A stretch of 64,000 nucleotides of DNA from Oopsacas minuta (lineage: Eukaryota > Animalia > Porifera): the NCBI GenBank assembly GCA_024704765.1, contig JAKMXF010000307.1, forward strand, positions 394,556 through 458,555. The letters are read 5' to 3'. Under the pieces are notes generated by a model. The model saw nothing but the letters and a program-made list of their open reading frames with translations. It was not told where the DNA came from and made no database searches. This document shows positions 12,196-26,518 of this stretch, one piece after another. Within the stretch, counting starts at the first letter, position 1, and the number at the start of each line of letters is the position of its first letter. The position numbers and the translations under genes were made by a program.

Positions 12196-12787
12196 TCAAA
12201 TTTGAATTAGAAATATAGTAGTAAATAATTGAAATTTTCAATTAATCTAGGAGGTCTGTTCTCAATGACTATACATGGGTTGTAAAGTGCCAAGAAATGT
12301 CAAATTTCACTCATTTGTATATTTTGAAGTTAATTTCCTATATTTTTGATTTTGTTATACAATATTTTAATTCAAAGCAGTGTGAGCAAGTGAAGCATGG
12401 TTGTAATTATATAATAGGTTGAAAGACAAAATTTATATAATGGTTTTCACAAAACCTTTGAGGAAAACAAGGTCATAGAAGTAGTTTATTCGGCGATGTT
12501 CATGAGAGAAGTATCTGAATTGGTCAGGACCGCCAAAATTTGCTATGAGGGCCGCACTTTGCCAACCCCTGGCGTATACAATATGTCTGCAAGATAATTT
12601 GGCTATAACAGTATATGTTGTTGATATATTGGTGAATATTGGCCAAAATGTGTCATCAATCGTAACTGGGATAACACTGGAACCTGCGAAATTAGTCATG
12701 GCAATTTTTTGATATTTTGTAAAGGGACATCTTTAGATCCCATTATATTTTTTGTAACTGTAAATCAATTAAGTAGTCTATATAGAG

Positions 12788-13760
12788 CAGTGTTCCCCAA
12801 ACTGGGGGTGGCTGAACAATTTCGAGGGGCACGTGGGATATTTCATTAGCTCGAATTCATAAACATTTGAGAGATCTAATTTAGCAAGTTGTCAATCATC
12901 TTTGTTTCGTTTGTCCAGTCTGTTTATGGTTGCTTTAGTGTCTGAAAACATATAATATTATGGCGTTACTTCAAAATATTATTTTGAATGGTGCAAACTT
13001 ACTTATGATGGAATCATAAAAACTATACTGAACAATATGCATAGTGTATACTCACTACAGTGTCATTAGTAGGTTAATGGTATTTAAGTACATTTACGCA
13101 ATCATTATGTAATAGAAATTATCTAAAATCAAAATCAACTATCATGGCAACGGCTCCAAAAAAGCGGAAGTACTCAAAAAAAATTATATTAACTATGGAT
13201 TTACCTATATTCAAAATTCAGGAATTCAAAACCCCCAATGTGTCGAATGCAATGAGACTCTCTCAACCGAATCGATGAAACCGAGTAAATTAAAAAGACA
13301 TCTCGAAACTCGTCATTCTGAACATTCATCCAAAGATCCTTCATTTTTCAAAAGGATAGATTTTGTGTTGAAGCGATCAAGAATTGAAACAACAGTCGTT
13401 CACCTGTATTGAAGCTTCATACCTTGTATCTTTAAGAATAGCAAGAAAGCACAAACCTCACACAATTGGGGAGGACACATACTCCCTTGTGCAACGGAAA
13501 TAGTTGAACCTATTTTTCGAAATGAATTCGCCAAATGGTTATCATTCTTCCCTCCTTCTAATAACACCGTCGAGCGAAGAATTTCTGATATGTCGGATAA
13601 TATCCTGAAACAGATTGTGAAACAATTACTCGTTTCTCCTATTAAGTTGTTTTCACTGGAACTTGATGAGTCTACTGATGTTTCATCATGCTCACAATTA
13701 ATGGTATGCTGCCGTTATGTTCACAATAATAAATTTAAGGAAGAGTCATGTTATGAATAA
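12788..13760 (+). mobile_element. hAT Buster-type element, 5' part, ZBED5/8-like pseudogene
   Basis: End CAGTGTTCCCCAAACT preceded by ataTAgag. ATG at 13144 (MATAPKKRKYS), then frameshifted PQCVECNETLSTESMKPSKLKRHLETRH, KPHTIGE, PSNNTVERRISDMS and LELDESTDVSSCSQLMVCCRYV. Truncated afterwards. Confidence 0.88.
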
Positions 13761-14039
13761 TATTAAAGGACTAGACAACTGTATTATGAAAATTGTTGAT
13801 ATTTTGTAAATGGGCTGTCGAAAGAGTTCTTTACCAAATTGATGTAGCAATTTGACAAGTGCAGTTATTTGGGCGTATCATAGTTCAATTCTAAGCCCAT
13901 GCACTATTGCTTCTTTTACATACTCACAGATTTCATAAAGCAATTGATACTAACTTTTGTTCTATCTCTTGCTTATAGATTATTCCCATATACAGTGAAT
14001 TATAGTACAGCATTAGAAAGTAAGTTTTCAAAAACGAAT

Positions 14040-14520
14040 ATAATCTGGGTTTACTATAAGAGGGTTAATCGCGGGGAGAGATCTTAGAAGAGATGCATGT
14101 TGTGTATGGGGATGAGTGCCATTCCCAACCAACCATTTATAAATGTATTGGGAGATTTGAAGATTGCTGGGTTACCACTGAAGATGATTACCCGTGCCTA
14201 CGGCCTTAAAACGTCAATAGCGCGGAATAACATTCGGTTAATAGAGATGATATCGGATGAAGATAGACGTGCTACAGTCATGGAGCTAGAAGAGAGGACT
14301 GGGTTCCCAATATTAAACATTCAGAAGATTATGAAAGATGAGCTAGAAATGTCATGGATTGCGACGAGATGGGTCACAAAACTTGTATTAGACGACAAAA
14401 AGCTGTAAAGGTTCAGATCTAGCAGTGATTTACCCTAATCGGGAGTAGCAAAGACATTTAGGATCGAATAGTGACAGGAGATGAAACACGTTTCCATAAT
14501 TACGAACAAGAGAGTAATCT
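14040..14520 (+). pseudogene. Mariner transposase N-terminal fragment
   Basis: VYGDECHSQPTIYK, DRRATVMELEE, RWVTKL and RIVTGDETRFH motifs with frameshifts. Confidence 0.75.
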
Positions 14521-15572
14521 CAAACTAGGCGCTTTTAGTAACTTTCATATGGGGATGAGTTGTATCGGTCGGTAAAATGTGATACTAGTACAGGCCACTT
14601 GTAATACAAATTTAATGTGAGTTATCAGTATACAAAAGGTATCCCAAAGCCACTGGCGTACCTACCTACTGTCCAAGGATCTTGCCATTTGTCGAGATGT
14701 CCAGGGATATAATTTTAAACCATAAGCACACAATATAAATTATAACAATGTTTGGTGATACACATAAATCCTTTTTGTGGATGACATTACATCAAAATTG
14801 TTAGAATTCATATACAAATATGTGTCAGGGAGATGGTAAGTTTATTTTGCTAGGAATTGAATTCCTGAACCGGAATAGGGTTAAGGTGTAGGGGGCTTAG
14901 GTCGCCAAATTTGTGGAAATTAGCTCCCACTAAATTGATGAAAACAAGTCCCTCAGAATTATAGATGAGTTACGACGATACTTTTCCTGAGATAGAAGAA
15001 TTTCTATTCTCCTACCCGTCTGATATACCTTCAAAACGGTTTAATTCTACAAGATACTGTTCATATCCGTCTATTTTTATTATTCAGTATCAAATATGTG
15101 AAAATTGCGATTTAAAACTATACACTGTGCCCATAATAGTATAGTAGAGTGGCCCGTATTATTTCAAACTCTAACGCCAATCATCACATAAACCCATTCT
15201 CACCACGAATATCTGATACTGAAATGTAAATTTATGCACCATTATATCAGTACAAATCACTTGTTCAATGTGTTAGACAATAATCATTTGGACATGTTGG
15301 TTGACATTTTTTCCAACACCCCAAATTAAGTCGATCTACAAATTCAGTTATACTAATCTCTCTCTATTTTCTACTACAATCAGGGTCACATATTCTGAAC
15401 AACAAAAAGACCGAAAATCTTGTGAATAATGTAGAGATTTTATATTTAAACAAGTGTATAATACAAATCCTATGGGAATAAAATATACGGACAGTCGATG
15501 GATTCATAATAGGAGATAGAATATAATAAACAGGTGTAAATTATTGTCAATCACCGTATTGTAGTTGATATA

Positions 15573-16891
15573 CTAGGGCATTCAATAAGTCTTGTGGGTG
15601 ATATCATAAAATGTGATACAAACACTATACACATTAATTCACTATATTAATTATTCAAAGTAATCCCCTCCTGCAGATACACCAAGTTTTAACCATTTCA
15701 CCCATTTGTAAACACATTTCTGTACTCTTCTTTGGGGATGGATTTGAAGTACCTTGTACCGAGAGCTTGTAAAGTATTAAAATATTTGCCTTGAAGATAG
15801 ATTTTAAGCCTGGGGAATAGCCAAAAATCACACAGGGCTAGGTCTGGTGAGTATGGTAGATGGGGAAGTAATTCCAACCCTTCTACATCTAAGAAATCTT
15901 TGGTAAGCTTAGCTGTATGGGAACTGGCGTTATCAATTAAAATCTTCATCCCTCGAGTCCGGTTTTCGAGCGGTACTTTGTTATATTTTTTATCAAAATT
16001 GGAAGCACTTCCTCTCGAAAGAAAGTAGCAGTAACAGCCTTGCCACTCTCACAAGGTAATTGCAGGACAATTCCATGACTACTGAAGAAGATGGTACACA
16101 TATTAGGTTTTCTGAAGTCGCGCTAGGAATTTTCGCCGGTTGTTCGTCGCCCCTCATCCATGAGCGCTCCTTATACTTGCTATATGGTATTGAATAGTAC
16201 ACCCACGTCTCGTCACCAGTAATAATCTCTGTTAGGCGTCTAGAATCACAGTTCTCATAAATTTCCAAGAGCTTCTTGGTAATATTCAGTCGTGCCAACT
16301 TTTGATTGTCACTGAGCTTATTCGGGACCCATTTCCCACAAATCGATCGGTAGCCAAACTCAGTAGTCAGAATTGTATGAATTGCTCCCGTTGAAATCTC
16401 TAAACTTGTTCTAACTGATTGACAGTAATGCACTTGTCTTCCATGACCATACTTTCAATGAGTACGATATTCTCTGAAGTGGTGGCGGGTGCCAGTCTTC
16501 CAGATCGAGGCAAATCTGTGACATCAGCATCACCAGATCTGAAACGGGCAGCCCATCGCTCTAGAATAGATCTGGAAGGGCAATCCACGCACAATATCTC
16601 CTGTAACTCACTGAAGATCTGTACAGGCTGGATCTTGAGTATTGTGCGAAACTCTATGTAAGTTCACCATTTGAGGTTGAAATTATCATCCTTTGAAGCC
16701 ATAAATTCAACAGTGGGTATTAATTGACTACACGTAACTATCTCAAAAATTCATAATTTGTATTGAATAAGCTTGATACTTTCAGTAGATGGAGTTTAAC
16801 TATATGGGCTTATAATATATGAAAGTTAGATATGTTACTTGACTAATTCCTAAGATACATCATGACCCGCAAGACTTCCTGACCGCCCTAA
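15573..16891 (-). mobile_element. Full-length mariner (DD34D), inactivated
   Basis: Imperfect TIRs CTAGGGCATTCAATAAGTCTTGTGGGT and (rc) TTAGGGCGGTCAGGAAGTCTTGCGGGT, TA on both sides. Motifs TGDETWVY, IDNASSH and YSPDLALCD (34 spacing counted). ATG at 16702, with an early stop and frameshifts. Confidence 0.93.
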
Positions 16892-17959
16892 TATACGTGA
16901 TAATTATTACTGGATATGATATGTCCACTTCTGTACCGCTCCTAAGTACTCAGTAGCTCAGTAGATTATGAGTCTGTTTTTATTATCCCTACTAAACATT
17001 TGCAATGGCTTAGTATTGTTCTTAGTGCTTTTTGGCTGTTTTTGGTATCGCCTCTACAGTCACACCGATCAAGATTTAGATAGCTGAAAATTTGTTAACA
17101 GGACTATTGGAATCTCTAGATTCGTAGATCAATTACGAATTTGCTCTCTTAGAAATCCTATTGAAATGATATTGAGTACAGTAAAATGAATATCAAATCC
17201 ATAACTTCTAGAAAATTCCACATCGAGTTCCTATCTGCAATTTTGTCTGACTAAATGCTGGAAACAATGGATAAACAGTGGAAAATGGTAAATAATGTTT
17301 TCCAAATATTCATATCTGGCAAGGTCCCCTATATCGATATGATATAGCTCGAAATTATACAAAATCGATAAATATTCTGAATCTTTGAAAATATCGAAAT
17401 ATCCGAAAAAATTCCGATTTCAACAAGAATATATCTCCGTAGTTTTTTGAGAATTGTCAGATATTAGATCTTGGTTATATTCTTATATCCTATTTCATAT
17501 GAGTTTTCGATTTGCCAATAATTGTAGTGAAAATGCTGAAAGACTTGAATCTCAGAAAATTGCCTAAAAGTGGATATCGGCGGTGTATAAGGGCAGCAAA
17601 ACAAGCACAAATAATAGCATCAACTGTATATTTAATTATAGATTTCTGATAAGGATTAGTTTGTCAGAATATATTTACAGATTCTCCAAAATGAAAACTC
17701 AGACAAGCAAACAATCCTTCTCTATGAGACAAACCTCCTGGAACGGAATAAATTTGGCATCAACATGTAATACGGTCTTCGACAAGCCGGCAACTCTCTA
17801 AAACAGAGGGAAGCCATTTTCCAAATGTATCAGTTATTTGGAAACTCCATTGTGATCATTCCCCCCACCTAACAATGAAAATGGGTAATCTTCCTAATGT
17901 CTTGAATTCGATTGTATTCATTTTTGCTTTCTAGTAGCAAAGATATATCACTAGCACTT

Positions 17960-18125
17960 TCCACCATTCATTCGTTCTCAACTATATCACAACATTCATA
18001 CATTTACTATTCTCCACCCCATTCTACTATTTTCTACCATCCACTCATCTTTAAGAAATTCCACTATTCTGTCACATCCACGAAAATCCAGAATTTTCAC
18101 TATTTTCACCTTTTCTACCACTCAG
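17960..18125. repeat. Pyrimidine-rich degenerate repeats (TTCCAC/TTCTAC-TATT units)
   Basis: Many ttccactatt, ttctaccat and ttttcactatt variants in tandem. Confidence 0.5.
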
Positions 18126-21100
18126 TGAGACCGAAATATATTTTCTGTCGTCATACTATAAACGTATCTCTGTATTGAGTTCCGTATGTTTTTAAATTCC
18201 AAATTTTAGAAATTTAGAAAGTGCAAAATTCCAAAATTTGTAATGATGACACTATCTAAGAGACTATGTTGGTTGAAAAATGTAAGATCATGATCCCCAT
18301 AATTTTGAGGTGCAATAATGACATAAGTTTCAACCTTCTAACACGCATAATGGCTGACCTGTGTGAACTATAGTAATTTAAACCGAAAATGGTGATGGTT
18401 GGATATTATTTTGGAAAATTAGTAAATCCTGCTCCAAGACTATAACATACACGAGACAAGACAAAAATATACTTAATTTGCAAGAAATAAACAGTGGAGG
18501 AATTACAGGTTATATCAATTATGGGGTGGACTTACGAAAATGTGTATGTATCTTGCTTAAATTGGCACAAATAGTAGACGTTTCCTATAATTCCTGTTTT
18601 AGGATATACCAGCGCGTTTCAGATTCTAGGTGGCTAGGTGACGGCATATTTATTGTTTACGATGTTCTTCGGGGCTGCTCAAAAAGAATCACTATACACT
18701 TCGTGCCTCTAATAAATAAAAATAAACCAAAATTAATTGAATTTTACAGGTCAACAAATTTCTGAAAATATTAGTTGCCCGAACAAATTATATCCCTCCA
18801 GGGGATTTCGAACTGATTCCGAATATATGTGTTTAGTTTCTATCAGTTCGTGCATTTCGGAGATTCAGATTTCATATTTTAGATATCTTGACAAGTTTTA
18901 TAAGAAATATATGTCATGCCTCCAGGAAATATATGTATACATATTGTGCGAGATGTTGTCAATTGGGAGGTGTAGTCGAATCACCAACCTCACCCATGAG
19001 AGATGTTGGGGATTAACAATATATGACTTGAGTTGTTTATTATTGCGGTTTAGCGTTAACTACCACATGTCTTCTTACCCATAATAATGACTTATCACTC
19101 TCAAGATATACTATATCTTCCACTTGGATACAAGCGCTACTAGGTGTAGTTATCATTTTGATTGGCACTCTTCTTTGAATCTGATTCGAGAGGTCAAACT
19201 GTTCATAATTAGTCTTCCCCTTACTTCGCCTATATATGTAGATTACATCTAACTTTGCAAATGCAAATGCAAAGGGTTTCCTATATTTTGTTTCCTAATT
19301 CTGAAGCACAAAGCACTAAAACGGCTACAATGCCTAAGCTAAAAGTTAACTACCATGAAATAAGCATGTAAACTGCAAAGTTGACTTTACTATTCTGTGG
19401 CTGGCTAGAACTTTCTTTAAATTTATCTTTTTCTCCCTCATTCAATCGCAATGGTACAATTTGTGCCAATGAAGGTCTTTATGGTGAAATGATTCCCAAA
19501 TAGAAGTGTATATTCAATGAGTTGAAACGTTGGTGTTTGTTCTGATGAAAGAGGTGAATTTTATTCTTAGTATTCTTTTCAAGCACCTTAAGATTAACCA
19601 GGATTAATCAAATTCCGCTAGTTTCCTTACAATAGTTATCTTCAGTTCTACTTCATGGATAACACGCATATATGCCAACCTAGTGACTCACAAGGCATGG
19701 GATTTCGATTTAGGCCCCGAAGAACCGAGACTCACAGCTTAGCGGCGACAGATGACATCTCTGTTCACGATTTTGTGGGAGAGACTGCTTAGCAATATAT
19801 ATTCAAAAGTATCTAGAAATATATAGTAAATAAATACCAAGTTATTGTTCCTGTTATTCCATAGATGGTTCCCTCCGTGCAAGGCAGAACGAATCTGAGG
19901 TTTATGCAATATATCTTGATGTAATATGCCAAAGCTACAGGTTCAGCAAACCTCCATTGATTCAAAAACTCAAATGAATATAACATTCAATAGAATTAGT
20001 GAAACTCAAAATTGCAACACTTTGCATTAATGTCTGTTGATTGAAGGTATCGGTTGAAAATTTCGTTCAAATAATACCTGATATTTCGAGTGAAAAATTT
20101 TCCAGATGAATACCAACAAGCTATGTTGCAGACACTGAAATCGATTTATCATAAAGGTATACCGATAAATCGAATTCTAACATTTAAGAATAAACAAACG
20201 TTAGAAAATGCAGGTCCATACGTATTAATGAGATCCAGGAATAAGTGCTGATGGGGGATAATCATTCTTGGGGGAGATACCAGTCCCCGACAGAGGACCA
20301 GGGATGAAATCCTGGACAACAAGCCTTATTTACGACAACATTAACTTTTCAGCAATCTTCGAATTTCTAAATAGTTTCTCTCAAAAGCGTAACACTAATA
20401 TGGCACTAAAGGTTTTTTATTTTCTATGTAGTACAATTAGGGTCGCCAGAAGCCCGAGTTTGGAAATATTTGCCCGGAGTCTGGAGTACAGATCAAAATG
20501 TCCGGGTTTGAAGTATATTTAATCTTATGAAGTGCATTCTTGGCAATCTTCGTACGTACAACAATAGACAGCACAATTTCTCTAGTATACCAGAGACTTT
20601 TCGCTTGTCAACTCCTAAGGTGAAAAGCTTGCTATGCCTCTGCAACGAACGCTAATGTTGCCAAAAGAATAATATTTTGATTTCCATTCACACCACATTC
20701 CACAGGATTCCATTTGAGGAATATCATATTGGATTCATTGAATTCCTATTTTCTCATAGCACATAGGATTCTCATAGGATGCTCATAGGATTCACTTAGA
20801 ATTTCTTCTTGAGAAAACTCATATGGAAATCCGGTGGAATTGCAAGGTAGAAAACCCATCGTAAAAAATCAGTTACCATTCCCACGGCAACCCTGGTGCT
20901 TGCTGAACCAAGAAGTACCAATTTCTATCATTCAGATTGTGATATTCGAGAATAATGCACCGATACAATATAGAATACCTTGCTTTCTGCCCTGCATTAT
21001 GACATGGCTAGTCTTCGAGAACAATAGAAATTAGATAATTTACGAACTAGTAATATAACGAAGCAAGATTTACTAGGTGTAAAAACTATGTTAAATAATG

Positions 21101-23099
21101 GCGCTAATAGTGTCTTATCCAAAATGGTGTGTCCCTTTTAATAAAGCTTTTCTTAGAAGACATTGGTGAAAACTTCCGCGAAAACAAATAGGTAATCGTT
21201 ACCCCTCCCCATGTCCCCTCAAAAGAAACCAGAGACTTTCGGAACGACTATTTGTCCGGGGTTTTTGGAAACCTGGGAACAGTACTTACAATGCGTCATT
21301 CACAATATTTTATGTTGTAATTGTATACATTTATGTGTGTAATATTCTAATAAGTTTGTTACGAATAAGTGATGTTCAACTTGGACAAACGTATAATACA
21401 ACAATTATGTGTTGATTTGTCGAAATACATGAATACAAAGTCTAAGATACATCCGTTGCCATTTTACTTAAAAACAGGCATCAGTTACTACCTTTATGTC
21501 CCTTATACGGTATGGGTTCAGCATTTAAATACAAAAATGTGTTTAGTTTAACTAAGTCAATAATATTCGTTTGTTGACTAATAGCCACGGTCTTACTTCA
21601 ATTCTTGTACCTTGTGTCATCATCTCTATTCGAACGTATATTCATGCCTTAACTCACAATCAATACGAAACCAATTAATTGTGAACATTATGAAAAACGG
21701 TTTAAAATAGTCACATAGATTTATATATATATGTGTCTTTTTATCGTAGCATATAGATTTAAAAGTTGAGAAACAAACTGTGTAATATTACAAAGTCGCA
21801 TAATTATCGTGAAAGGGTTGAAAGAATAAACTAACATAGGCATCTTACCAAAATATCGTAAAACGATACTGCTGTATCCAAGAATACTTCGATATCCCAT
21901 TTAGATAGCCGGTTGACTCTTGATAGAACAAATGGAAATCTAGGTATGAATTGGAAAACACACTGATGATCAATTACATATAAATGTCTGTACCTATGCA
22001 TGCATACATTCCAAATAGCATGATCCAAAATGAAAATAATAGTAAAATAAAGCATAGCATTCAATACACAAAAATATATATATGTAGCTTATAGGGTAAA
22101 CTAGCAATTGCAGGGGCTAAAATATTGTAGTAGAGTTTGTTGAATACCCCAACGAAAAAATTCAAATCTTATATTCTGACCCGAATGCAAGTATTATTGA
22201 TATTTGACTAGACACACAGTATATACGTACAAAGTACTTGCAAGACAGATTGACTTCTTCTACTTTTACCCAGCAATTATATAAACAAATGCTTCAAGAT
22301 TTGAAACTGTAATCAGTTAATTAATTCACTTTTCGTTTCGAAGTTTATAGCATAGGATCTTAGGCTGTTGCCCCACAAATATCAAAAATAGTCGTGATAC
22401 AGTTCCGGGTTTCAGAGTTATGTTGGTTACTATGATGTCATTTTTTGACAAATCCAGCAATAACTTGATAAAATTGAAAGTCATGGCCAATTAATCCTAC
22501 AAACATACACCATCAACACTTTCTTATTCGGAACACAGAGATATGGGCATCATTTTTCCGAAAGGATTGGAATTAATTTGACGAAAAATATTTAGTTCTT
22601 CATAAATCATACGTTTTTTGTAATTAGCATTGGTACAACATAGAGATTCCTTGGGCGAAAATATATTTCCGCCGATAATTATTCTCAAGGCAATAAGTGC
22701 CGAGTATATATCCGGTTGCGTAGCGACCCAAACCATAAATAAATTTAGCAATTTAATACAAGCAAACGAATTGTGCTAGCATAATGTTAAAATTTTAATA
22801 CACGTATTCGGGCCAATATGTATCTTATTATTATATTCCGGCAAGTAGAATTCCTATATGTAAATATTGAGGTATTCAATCAACCCTTGCTCTTAACTTT
22901 TAATTGAACACTATTTCCTTGATTTATGGCAGTGGGGTACTCCAGGCACCCCGAAATATTTCTGATTGGCTATCACATTAATAGAATTATTTTGTATAAT
23001 TTATTACCATCTTTAGACACTAATATGACAAATGGCAGGGTGTGGTACTATTCATTGTAGGAAAATTTTTCTATAATATGATTATTGATTTTGCTATTT

Positions 23100-23960
23100 T
23101 CTTTGGATTTTGGAGTGTAAAGGCTTTTTCTGGGTTTAAGAACCCAAATTATATTGCTTCAACTGTCACTGAAAATATGGAAGAAATACATGTTCTCTGT
23201 AGAAAATTTATTCTCGGGTGAGAAATTTAGGATAAGTTCATACTAGACCTTTGGAAAGAATCACTGAAGATCCAATATATCTGATTTTGAATTTGCAGAA
23301 GTAAAACTTCGGTCATAAACCCATTATTCCCCATATCCCGCTCAAAACATTGTTACAAAATTCAAATGATGGGACACATCGTAAACAAATCTAAATTTGG
23401 TAACTGCAATTGTTTGCAAGATTGAGTAGAAGTGCACTTGGAAATTCTAACACCATTCAAGAGTAAAAGAAGTCGAAAGAAGTGCATACATCAATAATCC
23501 GATTTTCTTTCGATGCTGTTACTCCTCCTGCTACTTGATTATGTTCCTCTAAAGATCCAACGATTGGCTCAAGTGTTTCCAGAAACACCAATATTGCATC
23601 ATGGCTTTCTACCTATAGCGAGAGTTTTCAATCGCTGGAGTCTCGATTCGGAACCTAAGATTTGAATGGTCTGCTGACCAATTCTATCTTCGCCTAAAGT
23701 GTAACTAAGAAAAAGAGATTATGGAAGCAATACTAGAGAATTTATTTCTAGCAGCAACAGTATTAGCATTTTAATTGACACATATATACCATGGGATGCA
23801 CAATGATTATAGTGGGCGATTGGATGCTTTTCACATATGCATGCTTGAACTCCTATTAATTTCCAGACTTTGAACTAGCCCATCTAATTCGGATCCAATC
23901 ATTCTTTTCAGATCAAGACCAGAATAAATCTTTTGCATTCTACTCCATTGAATAATTATT
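23100..23960 (-). pseudogene. Degenerate hAT transposase (THAP12/PRKRIR-like)
   Basis: Minus frames: SGLDLKRMIG, GVQACICEKHPIAHYNHCASH, VESHDAILVFLETLEPIVGSLEE, KQLQLPNLDL. Confidence 0.75.
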
Positions 23961-24669
23961 ATATATGAACATTTCATTCTTATTATAACAACATTATACT
24001 AGAAAACCGTTGCCATAAACCTTCTTCAAGCTTCTTTAAGCTGATTATTCGAACAATTGTTGGGACATTTTAAATTCCACATCCAAAGAGAAGAACATTC
24101 CAAGGACAACCATCAAGATTAGGAGGAAAATGATGAGAGATATTATGATAGGGATTGTGAGATAGAAAGAAGAAATGCAGGAATTGTTTGACTTGAATTT
24201 TCTGCACTAATTATAGTAGGTCACATAGGCTAGCTTGCTTATATTCATCGCAAGGTTCAACAAATACTAACTGCGGCGAATGAATAGACCTCATGCTACT
24301 ATGCAATTAGTCAAGATGTTCTTTTTTTGCTTCGTATTTCTCAATCACAACGTGTGAATTATATGGAAATTGACGAGGTTGTCAATTTCCTGATAGTCAA
24401 ATTAATATTTCTTCACAAAACAGCCTGCACATCTATGTTGAATCTTTAGAATAAACGTGTATGTGTTTGAGGTGACTAAATATATGGTATTATAGGTACG
24501 AAAACTGAATCAAGAATGGAATATTTTTGGGTCCGCCAGCAAATAATGAGGAATAATTAATCATGAAACAACGAGAAGATATTCAAATGGCTCAAACAAA
24601 AGTCAATAGACAGCGTCCAAGGAAATTCAAGCAATCTGAGTTTCCATTTCTTATGGAATATTCTCACCC

Positions 24670-24756
24670 TTGTTCATTTGGTAACATATTGGAAATCAAT
24701 GCCAGCTAGGTGCCAGATGTGCATAGAGAGCAATGGATTGGCAATTAAATATTATA
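24670..24756 (+). pseudogene. Tc1-like transposase C-terminal fragment
   Basis: LVTYWKSMPARCQMCIESNGLAIKY resembles the Tc1 C-terminal SMPxRxxxxIxxxGxxxKY motif. Confidence 0.5.
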
Positions 24757-25246
24757 ACACAAAATTCTGTGCCTCGATGATATTGCAAATCTTACATTGG
24801 GCCCGAGATCAATGCTACATTGTAACTAAAGTCCTCTCCTACATCTGGATTAACTGCTACCTCTAACTCTTATGGATTGATTTATGTTTTCTTTGAATAT
24901 CGTTAAGATATTTAGCGTTTGTTGATCATATTCTGAATTATAACAAATGTTTACTACTGTTCAAATGAACTTCAATGGGTAAATTTATGAAACGAGACAA
25001 ATGCCAGGAGAGTAAAAAAGATATATCCCAGAATACTATATTAAGCCCAGTAATGATGCATTAAAAGCAGGCAATGTGTGATTGAAATTTCACTTCGTTT
25101 GGATAATGCATCCCTGGTTCCAAACCATAATCAGTTGTAAGGCCTAATGGATAGTTGGGCATGGAAAATTACACACAACTTTTGAGACGGTTCGGATACA
25201 GTAGGAAATGAGAAGTGTCGATATGTTTCGTTAAATTACAGTCCTA

Positions 25247-26518
25247 CAGGGTTAGGCATAAGTTCTGCAACAAGTACAAACTAGTATATTTCTTATCTTA
25301 CCATAATAGTAGTTGAAATTCGTAATGAATTAGTGAATATACATACTAAGGATACGAAATTCATCTAGCTCTTCGAATGCATTGCCCTTGTGCGATACAT
25401 AGGCTAAATCGCTTGTAGAAATTATCAACAGCAGCACGCAACACGTCCTCACTGATTCAATCCCACTCTCTTCTCAAGGAAGATTTCAGACTTTCGACAT
25501 TCTTGTGAGGCTTTGCACACACCCTGGACTCTGAGATGGACCATATGCAGATACCTATAGGGTTTAGATCTGGAGAAGAGGCCGGCCATTCTTCAGTTGA
25601 TATAAATTCCGGAACATTGAGTTTCAACGACTTAGATGTCATTTTGGCTTTGTAGGGGAGAGCGGAATCTTGCTAGAACACCCAATGCGTGCTATTGAAG
25701 TGCTCACCAGCGCAAGGCTTCAATGCGTTATCTAAAATGTTTTCTACATACACCTCTTTGTTAATTTACCCCTGTGTCAATGAGCGCCAGAGGTGATGGC
25801 TCCCCAAACAATGACCAATGCAGGTATCTGACTTCTTTTGATTGCGTGTATTGATGACGATAGAGACTTTTGATCTGGAGCAAGAATCCGATTGTTTTGG
25901 CGATTATATCCCATTTCTACGGCAAAATCTTCTCATCGGAGAAGACAATACTCTGGTGCGTACCACTAGTAACATTTTTCTCAGAATCAGACATTTTTCA
26001 TACCTATGTCTCTTATTGACATCAGAAATTAACTAGAGCTCTCGAAATTTGTAGCATTTTAAGCCTAAATCCTCTTTTACATCCTTCTAAACTTCTGGTT
26101 GAAATATTTAAGTCTTTTGCCATGCCTTGGATGCTTCTCACAGAATTCTTCCTAACCGTCTCCCGGACGAACTTCCTAACAGCAGGAGTACGAACAGAAC
26201 GACGTTTCCTTTTCTGAACCTGTCCTGGATACTAACAGTCTCTTTTTAACGTTTGATTGTACGGTGCTATCCATCTGTTCACAGACAGTATTTTTGATAT
26301 TATGGAAGCTGATTTGCCTTCATTATGATACAAAATTATCAATGACCTCTTTGCTTCTTTGCCCATAAATCAACAAAATTTCTAGTAGGACTCAATACTC
26401 TAAATAGTGTTTTAAAAAATATTGAAGATAATATATGATAAAGAAATATTCACCTAAAACCATCCGCAGAACCTCTAGTTTAAATTTAATTTTGTTGCAG
26501 AACTTATGCCTAATCCTG
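25247..26518 (-). mobile_element. Full-length maT/DD37D element, inactivated
   Basis: 27-bp TIRs CAGGGTTAGGCATAAGTTCTGCAACAA with 1 mismatch and TA TSD. ATG at 26366 (MGKEAKRSLIILYHNEG). The EEWPASSPDLNPIG motif has its third Asp replaced by Gly. Frameshifts present. Confidence 0.93.

Larger units (their letters stand above)
10124..12571. mobile_element. Probable non-autonomous Buster-type hAT element hosting the intact maT insertion
   Basis: Left end CAATGTTCGGCAAAC...GAGGGCCGCA, right end GAGGGCCGCACTTTGCCAACCCCTG. Flanks gtgTAtaa and gcgTAtac are a 6/8 match with central TA, as expected for a decayed Buster 8-bp TSD. Confidence 0.5.

Noticed and set aside
8693-26518. Systematic G-to-A change at position 5 of one TIR in three maT elements
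   Set aside because: It falls on the 3' TIR in two elements and the 5' TIR in the third, so there is no consistent asymmetry; three cases are too few.
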